This document shows, in pieces, positions 1-9,065 of a stretch of 64,000 nucleotides of DNA. How positions within the stretch are numbered: position 1 is the stretch's first letter; every line of letters begins with the position of its first letter. Made by a program: the position numbers and the translations under genes. The stretch covers positions 279 through 64,278 of the forward strand of contig CAMDBA010000003.1 of assembly GCA_945888995.1 (NCBI GenBank), given 5' to 3'. A model generated the notes under the pieces. It was given only the letters and a program-made list of their open reading frames with translations. It had not been told where the DNA came from and made no database searches. The DNA is from a bacterium UBP8_UBA817 (GTDB lineage Bacteria > Margulisbacteria > Marinamargulisbacteria > CAMDBA01).

Positions 1-1105
1 TCGAAAAAGGGACTCATAGCTCAGAGCGAAAAACGCATCGCAACGGCTATCGTGTTCGTCGTTGGGATACCCGGCTCGGGACCATTTACCTCACCATCCC
101 CAAAGTCCGAACAGGAGGATATCAGCCTTTCTTCCTAGTCAATAAACAACGTTCCGAAGCGGCGTTGATGTCCGTGATTCAAGAATGCTGGATCAATGGC
201 ATATCAACACGAAAAATGATGCGGGTCTTTAAGTCTTTCGGGATTGAAGATATCTCAGCAGGCCAGGTTTCTGCTGTGACCAAGGAGCTTGATTCTGAAG
301 TCAAACAGTTCCGCCAGGCCCCTTTGTCTGACTCGTACCCGGTTATTTGGATTGATGCACTCTATGAAAAAATCAGGGACGATAAAAAAGTCACCTCTAA
401 AGCCATCATGGTCGCGCTTGCGATCAACCACGAGGGACAAAAAGAGATTCTAGCTCTAGAACCTATGGATGAGGAATCGACTGACACGTGGACCGTATTT
501 TTCGATAAACTGAAGGCGAGAGGGGTATCCAAAGTCGGGTTGCTTGTCTCGGATGCCCACAAAGGCATTCAAGGCGCTTTAAAGAACTCCTTCACGGGTA
601 CCTCCTGGCAACGCTGCAAAGTCCATTTTATGCGCAATATCTTGGCCAGAGTGCCCCATAAACAAAAAGAAATGGTGGGCAAACATCTTGCCCATATCTT
701 TAACCAAACCAATTATTCAGGTGCGAAACAAACCGCTGAGGAGGTGATTTTTAAGTTCAAACACATGTTCCCGGAGGCTATAGATGTTTTATCCGATGGC
801 ATTGAAGATGCACTCCAGTTCTTTCATTTTGAGGCTCTGCCTTTCGGCAGAACTTCTTCGACAAACCATCTCGAACGTCTCAATCGGGAGATCCGTCGTC
901 GTTCCAATGTCGTCGGGATTTTCCCTTCCACTGACTCGTTTCTTAGACTTATCGGATCCTATCTCATTGAATATCAATCCGATTGGGCGACTGGTAAATC
1001 TTATATTAACCCAGATAGACTCTCTCTTTTCTGGGCCAATTTCTCCGACAGAAAGGCCGCTTAATTTTTAGTCTACGTGACCAAATTACACCCAATTATT
1101 GACGC
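1..1105 (+). mobile_element. IS256-family insertion sequence, right-hand portion. The left end is outside the window and the right boundary is approximate.
   Basis: It contains an apparently intact IS256/Mutator-type transposase reading frame that runs off the left edge. Roughly 40 nt of non-coding sequence follow the stop at 1062-1064 before unrelated sodC-like coding sequence begins near 1110. I could not define the terminal inverted repeat because the left end is missing. Confidence 0.7.
3..1064 (+). CDS. IS256-family (Mutator-like DDE) transposase, 5'-truncated by the window edge
   Basis: My translation of frame 3 from nt 3 is open (EKGTHSSERKTHRNGYRVRRWDTRLGTIYLTIPKVRTGGYQPFFLVNKQRSEAAL) and runs continuously into the listed ORF 165..1064. 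Family hallmarks are present: RNGY..R..DTR.G.I.L.IPK.R.G.Y.P, WIDALY, VSDAHKG and NHLERLNREIRRR (DDE region). Confidence 0.9.
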   Translation, partial: EKGTHSSERKTHRNGYRVRRWDTRLGTIYLTIPKVRTGGYQPFFLVNKQRSEAALMSVIQECWINGISTRKMMRVFKSFGIEDISAGQVSAVTKELDSEVKQFRQAPLSDSYPVIWIDALYEKIRDDKKVTSKAIMVALAINHEGQKEILALEPMDEESTDTWTVFFDKLKARGVSKVGLLVSDAHKGIQGALKNSFTGTSWQRCKVHFMRNILARVPHKQKEMVGKHLAHIFNQTNYSGAKQTAEEVIFKFKHMFPEAIDVLSDGIEDALQFFHFEALPFGRTSSTNHLERLNREIRRRSNVVGIFPSTDSFLRLIGSYLIEYQSDWATGKSYINPDRLSLFWANFSDRKAA

Positions 1106-1109
1106 GACC

Positions 1110-1332
1110 CAGGCCAACCACCCCATAGGAGATCTGGGCAATATTTACACTACCGCTACCGGCTTAGCGGTTATCTAACAACTCCGTTCCAAAACTACCT
1201 TTATCCGAAAAAAACAGCATCGCAGGCCGAGCTGTGATTGTTCATTCAAAAGAAGATGATCTCAAAACACAACCGGCCGGAGATTCTGGTTCTCGAATCG
1301 GCGGAGGCATCATCGGTCATAGTTGGAAATAG
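1110..1332 (+). pseudogene. sodC: Cu/Zn superoxide dismutase (SodC-type) 3' remnant, frameshifted
   Basis: One frame (codon phase of nt 1131) reads QANHPIGDLGNIYTTATGLAVI, then TAA at 1176-1178. The +1 frame continues NNSVPKLPLSEKNSIAGRAVIVHSKEDDLKTQPAGDSGSRIGGGIIGHSWK, then TAG at 1330-1332. This matches the C-terminal third of Cu/Zn SOD (H.GDLGN, GRA.VIH, G-D-S-G-x-R signature), but the conserved disulfide Cys is Gly. No N-terminal part is present, and the IS lies directly upstream. Confidence 0.6.
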
Positions 1333-1386
1333 TCGGCAGAATTTGGCAAAGGCGAGGTTAAAAACGCCTCTACCGCAACTTCAAAA

Positions 1387-2847
1387 TTAGGCTAGCAACC
1401 GTTTCGCCCGTTCAACAAAACCCTTTGCGGTCTCAAAATCCTGAGCTTCGGCATACAACCGTGCCAAAGGCTCAGTCCCCGAAAACCGGACTAAAAACCA
1501 TCCTGAAGAAACAACTACTTTTAAGCCGTCTAAGCGATTTATTGAAACGCTCTTAAGATCTAATTTAGATTCAATTTCATTAACATCAATTGTCGAGATC
1601 AGTTGTAGTAACTCCGCTTTTTTCTCATCTGAAAACTTAAATTCCTCTTCCAGAAATGTAAACGACCCGTACTTCGCTTCCACTTTGGCTTTTAACTGCG
1701 ATAAAGGAAGTCCGGTTTCTTTAAGCAGGTGGAGCAAAATAATCCCCGGTAAAAAGCCACATTTTTCATAAACATGAAAAGACGCAGTAAATCCGCCGGA
1801 AGATTCTACTCCGAAGGCCACCACATTCTGAGCCTCAGCTTCTTCAAGAAAAGGTGTAAAATTCTTAAATCCAACCGCAGTCTCATCAAATGCCAGATGA
1901 TTCGCTAAAACCGCATTTTTTATAATCGCAGATGAAGCAACCGTCGTCGAAATACCCTTCATGGCGACTTTCTTAGATATAAAATAGTCTAGAATGATAA
2001 CCGCAATCTGCTCAGGGGTAACATTCGCGCCGGCTTCATCCAAAATCACGTGGCGATCCGCATCAGGATCATTTGCCAATGCCAACGGAGCCTTCAAGGC
2101 TTGTTGCCGTTCACGAAGCTTAGACAGCGTCACCTGCTTCGTCGGATTCGGATCCATACCACCGAAATCAGCCCGAGGCTCTTCGCTGATAAGTTCAAAT
2201 CTCTTTATACCCAAAGCCGCAAAAAGCTCGCGCCAGATTGCACCGGCCGCGCCATGCTTAATATCAACGACCACGGACGTATTCGAGAAGTCTAAAGTCG
2301 GCAAAGCGGCATGCGTTCGTAATCCGACAATCAAGTCTTGGGCAAACTCTGCATCTGTATTCACAAAACGATACGTCCCTTTTACAGCGGCGGGAACCGG
2401 TTGTTCTGCGCCCGTATAATACGCATTCGCTTTTTTCTGAAGAATTTCCGTCACCTGAGACGGCGCAGGGGCACCATTAGATGGATTAAACTTAATTCCA
2501 TTGTATTGTGGCGGATTATGGGAGGCCGTTAAAATAATCCCCCCGTCCATTGCATAGCGCCGGACATACCAGGAAATAAGAGGCGTCGGCGAAAAAGAAT
2601 CATAAAAATCAACATTAACGCCTTGGTCGGTTAATGTATCAACAATAAGCCGTGTAAAGCTTCCCTCAGATAAATCAGGGGAATTACCTTGCCGCGGATC
2701 ATATCCGATTACCACTTTAGGATTTTGGCGCTGCGACAATACAAAAGAGGCGATAGCTAAGCTAATCGCCCTTACATGGTTCAATGAAAAAGCTTCCCCC
2801 ACAACACCGCGGTGCCCGGAAGTGCCGAAAGAAACAGGATATGTCAT
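1387..2847 (-). CDS. Phosphoglucomutase/phosphomannomutase family (alpha-D-phosphohexomutase)
   Basis: FGTSGHRG N-terminus, phosphoserine loop TASHNPPQYNGIKF, and metal loop NDPDADRH. Confidence 0.9.
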   Translation of the reverse strand: MTYPVSFGTSGHRGVVGEAFSLNHVRAISLAIASFVLSQRQNPKVVIGYDPRQGNSPDLSEGSFTRLIVDTLTDQGVNVDFYDSFSPTPLISWYVRRYAMDGGIILTASHNPPQYNGIKFNPSNGAPAPSQVTEILQKKANAYYTGAEQPVPAAVKGTYRFVNTDAEFAQDLIVGLRTHAALPTLDFSNTSVVVDIKHGAAGAIWRELFAALGIKRFELISEEPRADFGGMDPNPTKQVTLSKLRERQQALKAPLALANDPDADRHVILDEAGANVTPEQIAVIILDYFISKKVAMKGISTTVASSAIIKNAVLANHLAFDETAVGFKNFTPFLEEAEAQNVVAFGVESSGGFTASFHVYEKCGFLPGIILLHLLKETGLPLSQLKAKVEAKYGSFTFLEEEFKFSDEKKAELLQLISTIDVNEIESKLDLKSVSINRLDGLKVVVSSGWFLVRFSGTEPLARLYAEAQDFETAKGFVERAKRLLA

Positions 2848-2850
2848 GGC

Positions 2851-3324
2851 TTATTTAAAAGCGACTCGTTTGAAAAAAGTTTCTTTTTCGTCCTCTTCAA
2901 GACCTTGCTCAAAAGTGGAGCGGTCATCAGAATCAACGATAAGGAAATTTTCTGGGGTGAAAAGGAAAATATTTTCACCGATCTTCATCATATGTCCATT
3001 AATCGCATAAGCCGTACCGCAAACAAAATCGATTAATCTTTTACCGGATGCATTATCCAGATATTTAAGATTAACAATAACAGGTTTGCTTTCACGTAAG
3101 TAAGTCGCAATGTTAAGTGAATCTTCATAAATTCTAGGTTCTTCAATTTTAATTTCACCGGTGATAACTTGGTTCTGACTTTGAGCGGGAATTAAAGAGC
3201 CTCGAAAGCTGCGAATAACCGGGGTCTTAGGTTCCATTTCTTTACGACTGGAAACCGGCTTTTGAACCATATCCTCTTCTTCAAACCCAAAAAATATTTT
3301 CACTTTATCCATCATCGACGACAT
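2851..3324 (-). CDS. sepF: Cell division protein SepF (YlmF)
   Basis: The C-terminal SepF/DUF552 core is present (IEEPRIYEDSLNIATYLRESKPVIVNLKYLD...RLIDFVCGTAYAINGHMMKIGENIFLFTP). I moved the start to ATG 3324 (MSSMMDK), which has a GGAGG 9 nt upstream. The longer ORF start would overlap yggS. Confidence 0.85.
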   Translation of the reverse strand: MSSMMDKVKIFFGFEEEDMVQKPVSSRKEMEPKTPVIRSFRGSLIPAQSQNQVITGEIKIEEPRIYEDSLNIATYLRESKPVIVNLKYLDNASGKRLIDFVCGTAYAINGHMMKIGENIFLFTPENFLIVDSDDRSTFEQGLEEDEKETFFKRVAFK

Positions 3325-3328
3325 ATAC

Positions 3329-4000
3329 TCATTCCTCCTGTAATAATAAACTTCCAATTCGAATCATATTAGCACCCTCGGCAACTGCTATCTCGAAGTC
3401 TCCACTCATTCCCATACAAAGATATCGGATAGACCGATTATCATCACGTAGGTCATTGAACAACTGGTTAGCTTGTTGAAAACAATTTCGGATAGAGTCC
3501 GCACTTGAAGTGTGAGGGCCTATCGTCATTATACCCACAACTTCAACAAATTGAAAAGAGACAACCTTGTCAAGGTGATGATTAAGATTTTCAGGCTCAA
3601 ATCCGCCTTGCGTCTCAGAGTGATGAAAGCGAACTTGCAGAAAAATTTTTATTTTTTTATTGAGTTTTTCAGCCGCCTGATTGATCTCATCAAGCAGGGA
3701 TAAGCGATCCACCGATTGAATGACATCACATAACATCACCGCTTTTTTTACTTTATTCGATTGAAGGCGTCCGATAAAATGCCATTCCAAATTAGGATCG
3801 GGAAAAATCCGCTTTTTTTCTTCTAGATCCTGAATCCGACTTTCGCCCAAACACGTAAACCCACAGGCAATAACCGCCCTCATCTGATCAAGTGTCGCAT
3901 ATTTGGTCACGGCAATTATCGAGACAGGGCTGCCGCCCTTCGGACAAGCAGCCTCTAAGCGTAGCCGCAGATCTTCGGCATTCTGAGCGATGCTAGCCAT
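3329..4000 (-). CDS. yggS: YggS/YlmE family pyridoxal-phosphate homeostasis protein
   Basis: AVTKYA (PLP lysine context), LGESRIQD and WHFIGRLQSNKVKK motifs. It sits in the conserved ylmE-sepF arrangement. Confidence 0.85.
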   Translation of the reverse strand: MASIAQNAEDLRLRLEAACPKGGSPVSIIAVTKYATLDQMRAVIACGFTCLGESRIQDLEEKKRIFPDPNLEWHFIGRLQSNKVKKAVMLCDVIQSVDRLSLLDEINQAAEKLNKKIKIFLQVRFHHSETQGGFEPENLNHHLDKVVSFQFVEVVGIMTIGPHTSSADSIRNCFQQANQLFNDLRDDNRSIRYLCMGMSGDFEIAVAEGANMIRIGSLLLQEE

Positions 4001-5555
4001 CTAAGCTCGGCGTTATGTTTTTTGTACCCGCTCCTTCGTGAACCCATTGCTCCAAATACCGATCGGGGTGCTGAATCACGTTCAGGGTAATTTCATATTC
4101 TTTTTCTCGGACTTTTGCTTTGATCATGTCAAATCCATACTCCAAGATATGCAGGGTATTTTGTGCGGCCTGGTCAATCGATAGCGCCTGATCTTTGGCC
4201 AACCGCATAATCATCAACCGGACCTCTGAATCAAATTTGACCCGGATATTATGAGCAAGGTGGTAATTTTGTTCAAATACATCTAATTTATGTTGATAAT
4301 AAACGGCTTCAAAAGGCTCTACCGAGAGTCTGATACGCGCAATTATCTCTGTCGGCGATGTCATACATTCAGGGGTAAATAAAAAAACCTTAAGAGGCAA
4401 AGAAGGAAGCTCAAATTTAAATTCTCGGCAAAGACGTTCAAGAACCGTGGCCAATCCTCGCGCGCCGGTTTTCTCCTCAAAAGCCGCCGACGCAATGGCG
4501 TCTAATACCTCGGGTAAAAACGCGACTTCAATTCCATAAGACCGGAAAGCATCCACATATTGATTCAGAATAGAGCCTTCCGACTCGGTCAGAATCTCCA
4601 ACAAATCGTCTTTTTTCAATGTCTCGCAATACACCCGAACAGGAAGTCTCCCCACAAATTCGGGCTCTAACCCATACTTAATAAAATCTTCGGTCCGTGT
4701 TTCTTCCATCACATGATGAGAATGAGCAGGCGTTTCCTGACGCCCAAACCCAAATTTACTTCCCTCAACCCGCTTTTTAACCAGGTCTTCCAAACCGTCA
4801 AATGCGCCACTGACAATAAACAAAATATGCTTGGTATTAATCGTTTCCTTCTGATCCCGTGCAGGCGCTAAAAAGCTTTTAATCTGTGAATTAATATCCC
4901 ACGGGGTTTTAAGCGGAACTTCCGTTTCTTCCATCAGTTTTAATAAATTAGATTGAACACCACGGCCACTCACATCTTTGCCTTGCTGCGAAACTTGAGC
5001 CGCAATCTTATCAATCTCGTCTAAATAAATAATGCCGTACTGTGCAAGCTCAACCACGCCGTTCGCCTTAACCACAAGTTGACGAACAAGGTCTTCGACG
5101 TCGCCTCCGACATACCCGGTTTCGGTAAATTTAGTCGCATCGCTCTTAACGAACGGCACGCCGATCAGCTCGGAAATACATTTCACCAGATACGTTTTAC
5201 CCACACCCGTCGGCCCAACTACCACCACGTTTTGCTTGGCATAATGCCCGCAGGATCCAGCGGCCTGACAGCTTCGGATGTGGTTAAAGTGATCACATAC
5301 CGCGATGGCTAAGACCTTTTTAGCGGCATCTTGCTTAATCACAAAGCGATCAAGATAGGCCTTAACATCTTTAGGTTTTAATTCAAATTTTAATAATGGC
5401 GGCGCCTCAGGAGGATCCACCTTCGGAATCGAAACCGACAGCGGAACGAATGGGTCTTTATTTGATTTTCCTCTCAAATAACTCATGAGCTCTTTTGTAA
5501 GTTCTTCAAACGACTGCTTTTCGTCATCTTGATCATGCTCGGCCATAAAAACCAT
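3993..5555 (-). CDS. ClpX-like AAA+ ATPase lacking the N-terminal zinc-binding domain, with a ~115-aa C-terminal extension
   Basis: YLDRFVIKQDAAKKVLAIAV, Walker A GPTGVGKTY, pore loop TGYVGGDVE, Walker B IIYLDEIDKI, an FGFG where ClpX has the IGF loop, and ARGL near the end of the ClpX-like part. There are no CxxC pairs at the N-terminus. It overlaps yggS by 8 nt. Confidence 0.75.
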   Translation of the reverse strand: MVFMAEHDQDDEKQSFEELTKELMSYLRGKSNKDPFVPLSVSIPKVDPPEAPPLLKFELKPKDVKAYLDRFVIKQDAAKKVLAIAVCDHFNHIRSCQAAGSCGHYAKQNVVVVGPTGVGKTYLVKCISELIGVPFVKSDATKFTETGYVGGDVEDLVRQLVVKANGVVELAQYGIIYLDEIDKIAAQVSQQGKDVSGRGVQSNLLKLMEETEVPLKTPWDINSQIKSFLAPARDQKETINTKHILFIVSGAFDGLEDLVKKRVEGSKFGFGRQETPAHSHHVMEETRTEDFIKYGLEPEFVGRLPVRVYCETLKKDDLLEILTESEGSILNQYVDAFRSYGIEVAFLPEVLDAIASAAFEEKTGARGLATVLERLCREFKFELPSLPLKVFLFTPECMTSPTEIIARIRLSVEPFEAVYYQHKLDVFEQNYHLAHNIRVKFDSEVRLMIMRLAKDQALSIDQAAQNTLHILEYGFDMIKAKVREKEYEITLNVIQHPDRYLEQWVHEGAGTKNITPSLDG

Positions 5556-5707
5556 TTTAGTCGAAGGCGTATAAAAAAACCAGAAGCGCTAAAATATAGA
5601 CTAATTTCTTATTGTAATCACATAAAAAAACGAAAAAACAAAACCCTATAAATGTTTAGCTTCACATCCATACTGGGCATTAACGCCTAGGTGGGGGGAA
5701 CTAATCA

Positions 5708-6604
5708 ATGGTGTTTAAAAAAGGGATTATTGTGATTCTTGCGGCATGTTTTCTAAACATCCTATCGGCCCAAGCCCATGCCTCGCAATCGTTATCAACG
5801 AGCATTGTCTCCTATGCCTTGGGGGATGCCGTGACAGCGGGAAAGATGGGACTGGATTCACCTTACAAAAACCCGGCGGGATTGACAGACTTAACCACCC
5901 TGACGGTTTCAACCACTTATGCCACCATGTTTGATCAATCTTATACATTAATGTCGCTGGGTATCGGACTCCCGGTCTCAGAAAGTTTCTTTATCAGCCT
6001 CAATCTCCCCTACCGAGTCGTCGGAGATATTCCGTTAACCATTGATAACAACGGGCAAGCAAGGCAAGTCGGAACATTTCAAGATAGCACCTTAAACGGA
6101 ATCATCACCTTGGCTTATAAACTATCGCCGAATCTCTCTATCGGAAGCAATATCCACTATTACGCTGAACAAATCGGAAATAATAATGCCCAAAACGTCG
6201 GATTGGACGCGGGGATTTTATACCATCAGGACGCATTATCAATCGGCGCATCCATCTTCAATGCCGCGTCTTACAAAATGGATCAATCTACCAACGAGGC
6301 CTCTCCACTAAGCCGCCAAATCAATATTGGCATCGCCTATGATTTTGGAAGCGACTGGACATTTTTAGCGGATTCTAGCCTAGAAAATGCGTCAACCGCC
6401 GTCATTAATCTCGGAGGTATTTTCAAACTTAGTCCGGCACTGTCGCTATATGGCGGTATTCAGAATATCTCTTCCGGAACCAATCTCCGCCTAGGCGCAT
6501 CCTGTTATTTCTCAACATTCAAAATCGACTATGCCTATTCCGTTAACAGCGATCTCGGGCCTGTCCATAAAATCGGTATGGCGTGGGAGTTTAGCCATGA
6601 TTAA
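5708..6604 (+). CDS. Outer-membrane beta-barrel protein, PorV/PorQ/PorP-like
   Basis: Signal peptide (MVFKKGIIVILAACFLNILSAQAHA), an N-terminal YALGDAVTAG...YKNPAGL motif resembling PorV/PorQ-family proteins, alternating beta-strand-like composition, and an aromatic C-terminus (MAWEFSHD). The assignment is from memory of the family motif only. Confidence 0.5.
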   Translation: MVFKKGIIVILAACFLNILSAQAHASQSLSTSIVSYALGDAVTAGKMGLDSPYKNPAGLTDLTTLTVSTTYATMFDQSYTLMSLGIGLPVSESFFISLNLPYRVVGDIPLTIDNNGQARQVGTFQDSTLNGIITLAYKLSPNLSIGSNIHYYAEQIGNNNAQNVGLDAGILYHQDALSIGASIFNAASYKMDQSTNEASPLSRQINIGIAYDFGSDWTFLADSSLENASTAVINLGGIFKLSPALSLYGGIQNISSGTNLRLGASCYFSTFKIDYAYSVNSDLGPVHKIGMAWEFSHD

Positions 6605-8222
6605 ACACTACATGACATTTCTTCTCGGAATCGCCACAATATTTTGGATGGGAACGCTATATGCCGGGCAAGACTATCAACCGGGCGTACTCCTGATTAA
6701 AACAAAACCGTCATTCGGCGCTATGGGTACCCAAAGTAGTGCCTCGACCGAAACATTCAACCAGAAAATGGGCGCATTAAATACACGGGCACTCTCGATT
6801 CCACGGTCAGGCCCCGGATTTAAAGCAACTTCAGCACAGACATCCTGGTTTATCGTCACCTTTTCTCCGACATCGGATATAAAAGCCCTCGCCCAAACGT
6901 ATGAACAGGAACAATGGATCGACGCTGCCGAACCCAATTATTGGGTCTATGCCTCTTCGGAACCGACCGATCCCTTATACGGCCATCAAACCTATATCAC
7001 CCAAAGCGACCTCAAAGCGCTCTATGAGATTTCAGCCTCCCACGATGTGATCGTCGGAATTTTGGATTCGGGAATTGACTATACCCATGCAGATCTTCTG
7101 GATGCGATTTATCACAATACCGCCGATCCGGTAAACGGTATAGACGATGATGGAAACGGGCTGATCGATGATGAAATGGGCTATAATTTCTACCAGTTCT
7201 CACTCGGCGCAGGAAACGCAAATCCCATGGACATCTTCGGGCATGGCACCCATATCGCCGGCATCATCGGCGCAACAGCGGGAAATCATAAAGGCATCGC
7301 CGGGTTGAATCCAAAAGCCAAGCTTTTAAATGTCGCGTTTATTAATCGCAATGGCATCGGCACCCAATCCGATGCGGCATTTGCAGTACGCTATGCGGTC
7401 GATCAAGGCGCCCGCATCCTCAATTGCAGCTGGGGATATTCGAGCTACAACACGATTCTAAGAGAAGCCATTGAATACGCGATCGAAAAAGGCGCAATTA
7501 TTATCGCAGCCGGCGGCAACAGCAATACGTCAGATCCCGAGTACCCTGCTGGATTCGACCAGGTATGGGGAGTCGCATCCATTAACACCGATTACACCCG
7601 GTCAACGTTTTCGAATTGGGGCAACCATATCTTGTTCTCAGAATTCGGGAAAACCATCTACAGCACGATTCCGAACGGATACGGCTACAAATCCGGAACC
7701 TCCCAAAGTGCCGCCGTTCTCTCCGGCATCGTCTCCAAAATTCTATCCTACAACCCGAATCTAACCCGGGATCAAATTCAAACCATCCTAAGGCAATCAT
7801 CCAGTCTGGCATCAAAAGATAATGACCTGGGATACGGTTATATCAAGGCCAGCTCTCTTGCCGAAAGCTTAGGAGAACCCACATCAAACCCTACGACTTC
7901 ATTACCCAATCCGGGCATTACCACGTCGGAACTCACACTCAATTCAGTTCTGAATTTCCCCAACCCATTCGGACTCAGCGGAACTCAGTTCGGATTCGAA
8001 AGCAATGGAAGCGCCGACGTGACAATTAAGGTATTCAACCTCAACGGACAATTACAAAAACAACTGCAAATGACGGCCGCTACCGGCTATAACACCGTTA
8101 GCTGGAACGGCAAAGGAGATCTCGGGCAGACGCTTGCTAACGGAACCTATCTCTATCTTCTGACCGCGAAAGGTACAGAGAAGACCATTCTCAAAAAAGG
8201 AAAGCTCACGATTTATTACTAG
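6597..8222 (+). CDS. Secreted S8 (subtilisin-like) serine peptidase with an I9-like propeptide and a C-terminal T9SS-type (FlgD-Ig-like) sorting domain
   Basis: Catalytic triad contexts VGILDSGID, HGTHIAGIIGA and GTSQSAAVLSG. The C-terminal ~85 aa (FPNPF...VTIKVFNLNGQLQ...YNTVSWNGKGDLGQTLANGTYLYLLTAKG...KKGKLTIYY) fits the type A sorting/FlgD-Ig pattern. The start is set to ATG 6597 (MIKHYMTFLLGIATIFW signal peptide), an 8-nt overlap with the upstream gene. Confidence 0.85.
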   Translation: MIKHYMTFLLGIATIFWMGTLYAGQDYQPGVLLIKTKPSFGAMGTQSSASTETFNQKMGALNTRALSIPRSGPGFKATSAQTSWFIVTFSPTSDIKALAQTYEQEQWIDAAEPNYWVYASSEPTDPLYGHQTYITQSDLKALYEISASHDVIVGILDSGIDYTHADLLDAIYHNTADPVNGIDDDGNGLIDDEMGYNFYQFSLGAGNANPMDIFGHGTHIAGIIGATAGNHKGIAGLNPKAKLLNVAFINRNGIGTQSDAAFAVRYAVDQGARILNCSWGYSSYNTILREAIEYAIEKGAIIIAAGGNSNTSDPEYPAGFDQVWGVASINTDYTRSTFSNWGNHILFSEFGKTIYSTIPNGYGYKSGTSQSAAVLSGIVSKILSYNPNLTRDQIQTILRQSSSLASKDNDLGYGYIKASSLAESLGEPTSNPTTSLPNPGITTSELTLNSVLNFPNPFGLSGTQFGFESNGSADVTIKVFNLNGQLQKQLQMTAATGYNTVSWNGKGDLGQTLANGTYLYLLTAKGTEKTILKKGKLTIYY

Positions 8223-8225
8223 AGA

Positions 8226-9020
8226 TCAGGCCAGCCTAATCGACACCTCATATCCCGTATGCTTCCGGACATTAACCACCGATCCATCCTCAAAAATCAG
8301 GTACTGGCCTTTTATACCGACCAGCCTTCCTGAAATAGACGGTATTTTATCAAAGCCGAGGCTCTTCACTTTCTCGGGATACGCCTGTACCGGATATGAA
8401 ATATGGACAACCTCCGCATCAGAACATATATAGGAAGAAAATGCCTCAGGAACCAGCGACACAACATCTTGTTTTTTAAGAAGCATGTCCAAATCAGGCA
8501 CTTCATTTTTCAACATTTTTTGCCAGGATGTTTTATCGGTTAAATGGGCTTTTAGTGCGACTTCCAGACATCCGGCAATGTATCGATTAGGCGTATTCGC
8601 CAATACCACCGCCTGTGATGCCCCCTGGTCAATCCAGCGTGTCGGCACCTGGGTGGACCGCGTCACCCCAACTTTTACCTGACTTGCCAATGCTAAATAC
8701 ACGACATGGGGCTGAAGGTGATTGAGCAACTCCCATTCGGCATCCCGCCCTTTCCCTTCATGGGCCAGGCACAATTCCGGACGCAGCACACAGTCGGAGG
8801 CTTCCGGAACACTGATAAAACAGCGGTAGCAAAAGCCATCGGAAAATGATTTATTAGTCACCTTCTGACAAGAAGAACACACGATCCGGTTTTGATAGTC
8901 CAACACAAGTGTATGTCCGATCCAATCATTGACCGGGACATAATCAGCGCCCACCAACAGCGAGTATTGCACTTTCTGCTGTAGATCGGTTTTCATTTTA
9001 CTCAAAAGCGTCGTCCACAT
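8226..9020 (-). CDS. DUF2797-like protein with a Cys-rich (zinc-ribbon-like) motif
   Basis: CSSCQKVTNKSFSDGFCYRCF followed by ELCLAHEGKGRD and VYLALASQVKVGVTR, as I recall for DUF2797. No experimentally known function. Confidence 0.5.
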   Translation of the reverse strand: MWTTLLSKMKTDLQQKVQYSLLVGADYVPVNDWIGHTLVLDYQNRIVCSSCQKVTNKSFSDGFCYRCFISVPEASDCVLRPELCLAHEGKGRDAEWELLNHLQPHVVYLALASQVKVGVTRSTQVPTRWIDQGASQAVVLANTPNRYIAGCLEVALKAHLTDKTSWQKMLKNEVPDLDMLLKKQDVVSLVPEAFSSYICSDAEVVHISYPVQAYPEKVKSLGFDKIPSISGRLVGIKGQYLIFEDGSVVNVRKHTGYEVSIRLA

Positions 9021-9065
9021 GACTCTTACTTTACATCAACTAAACACTCCTGGAAAATACCCGGT

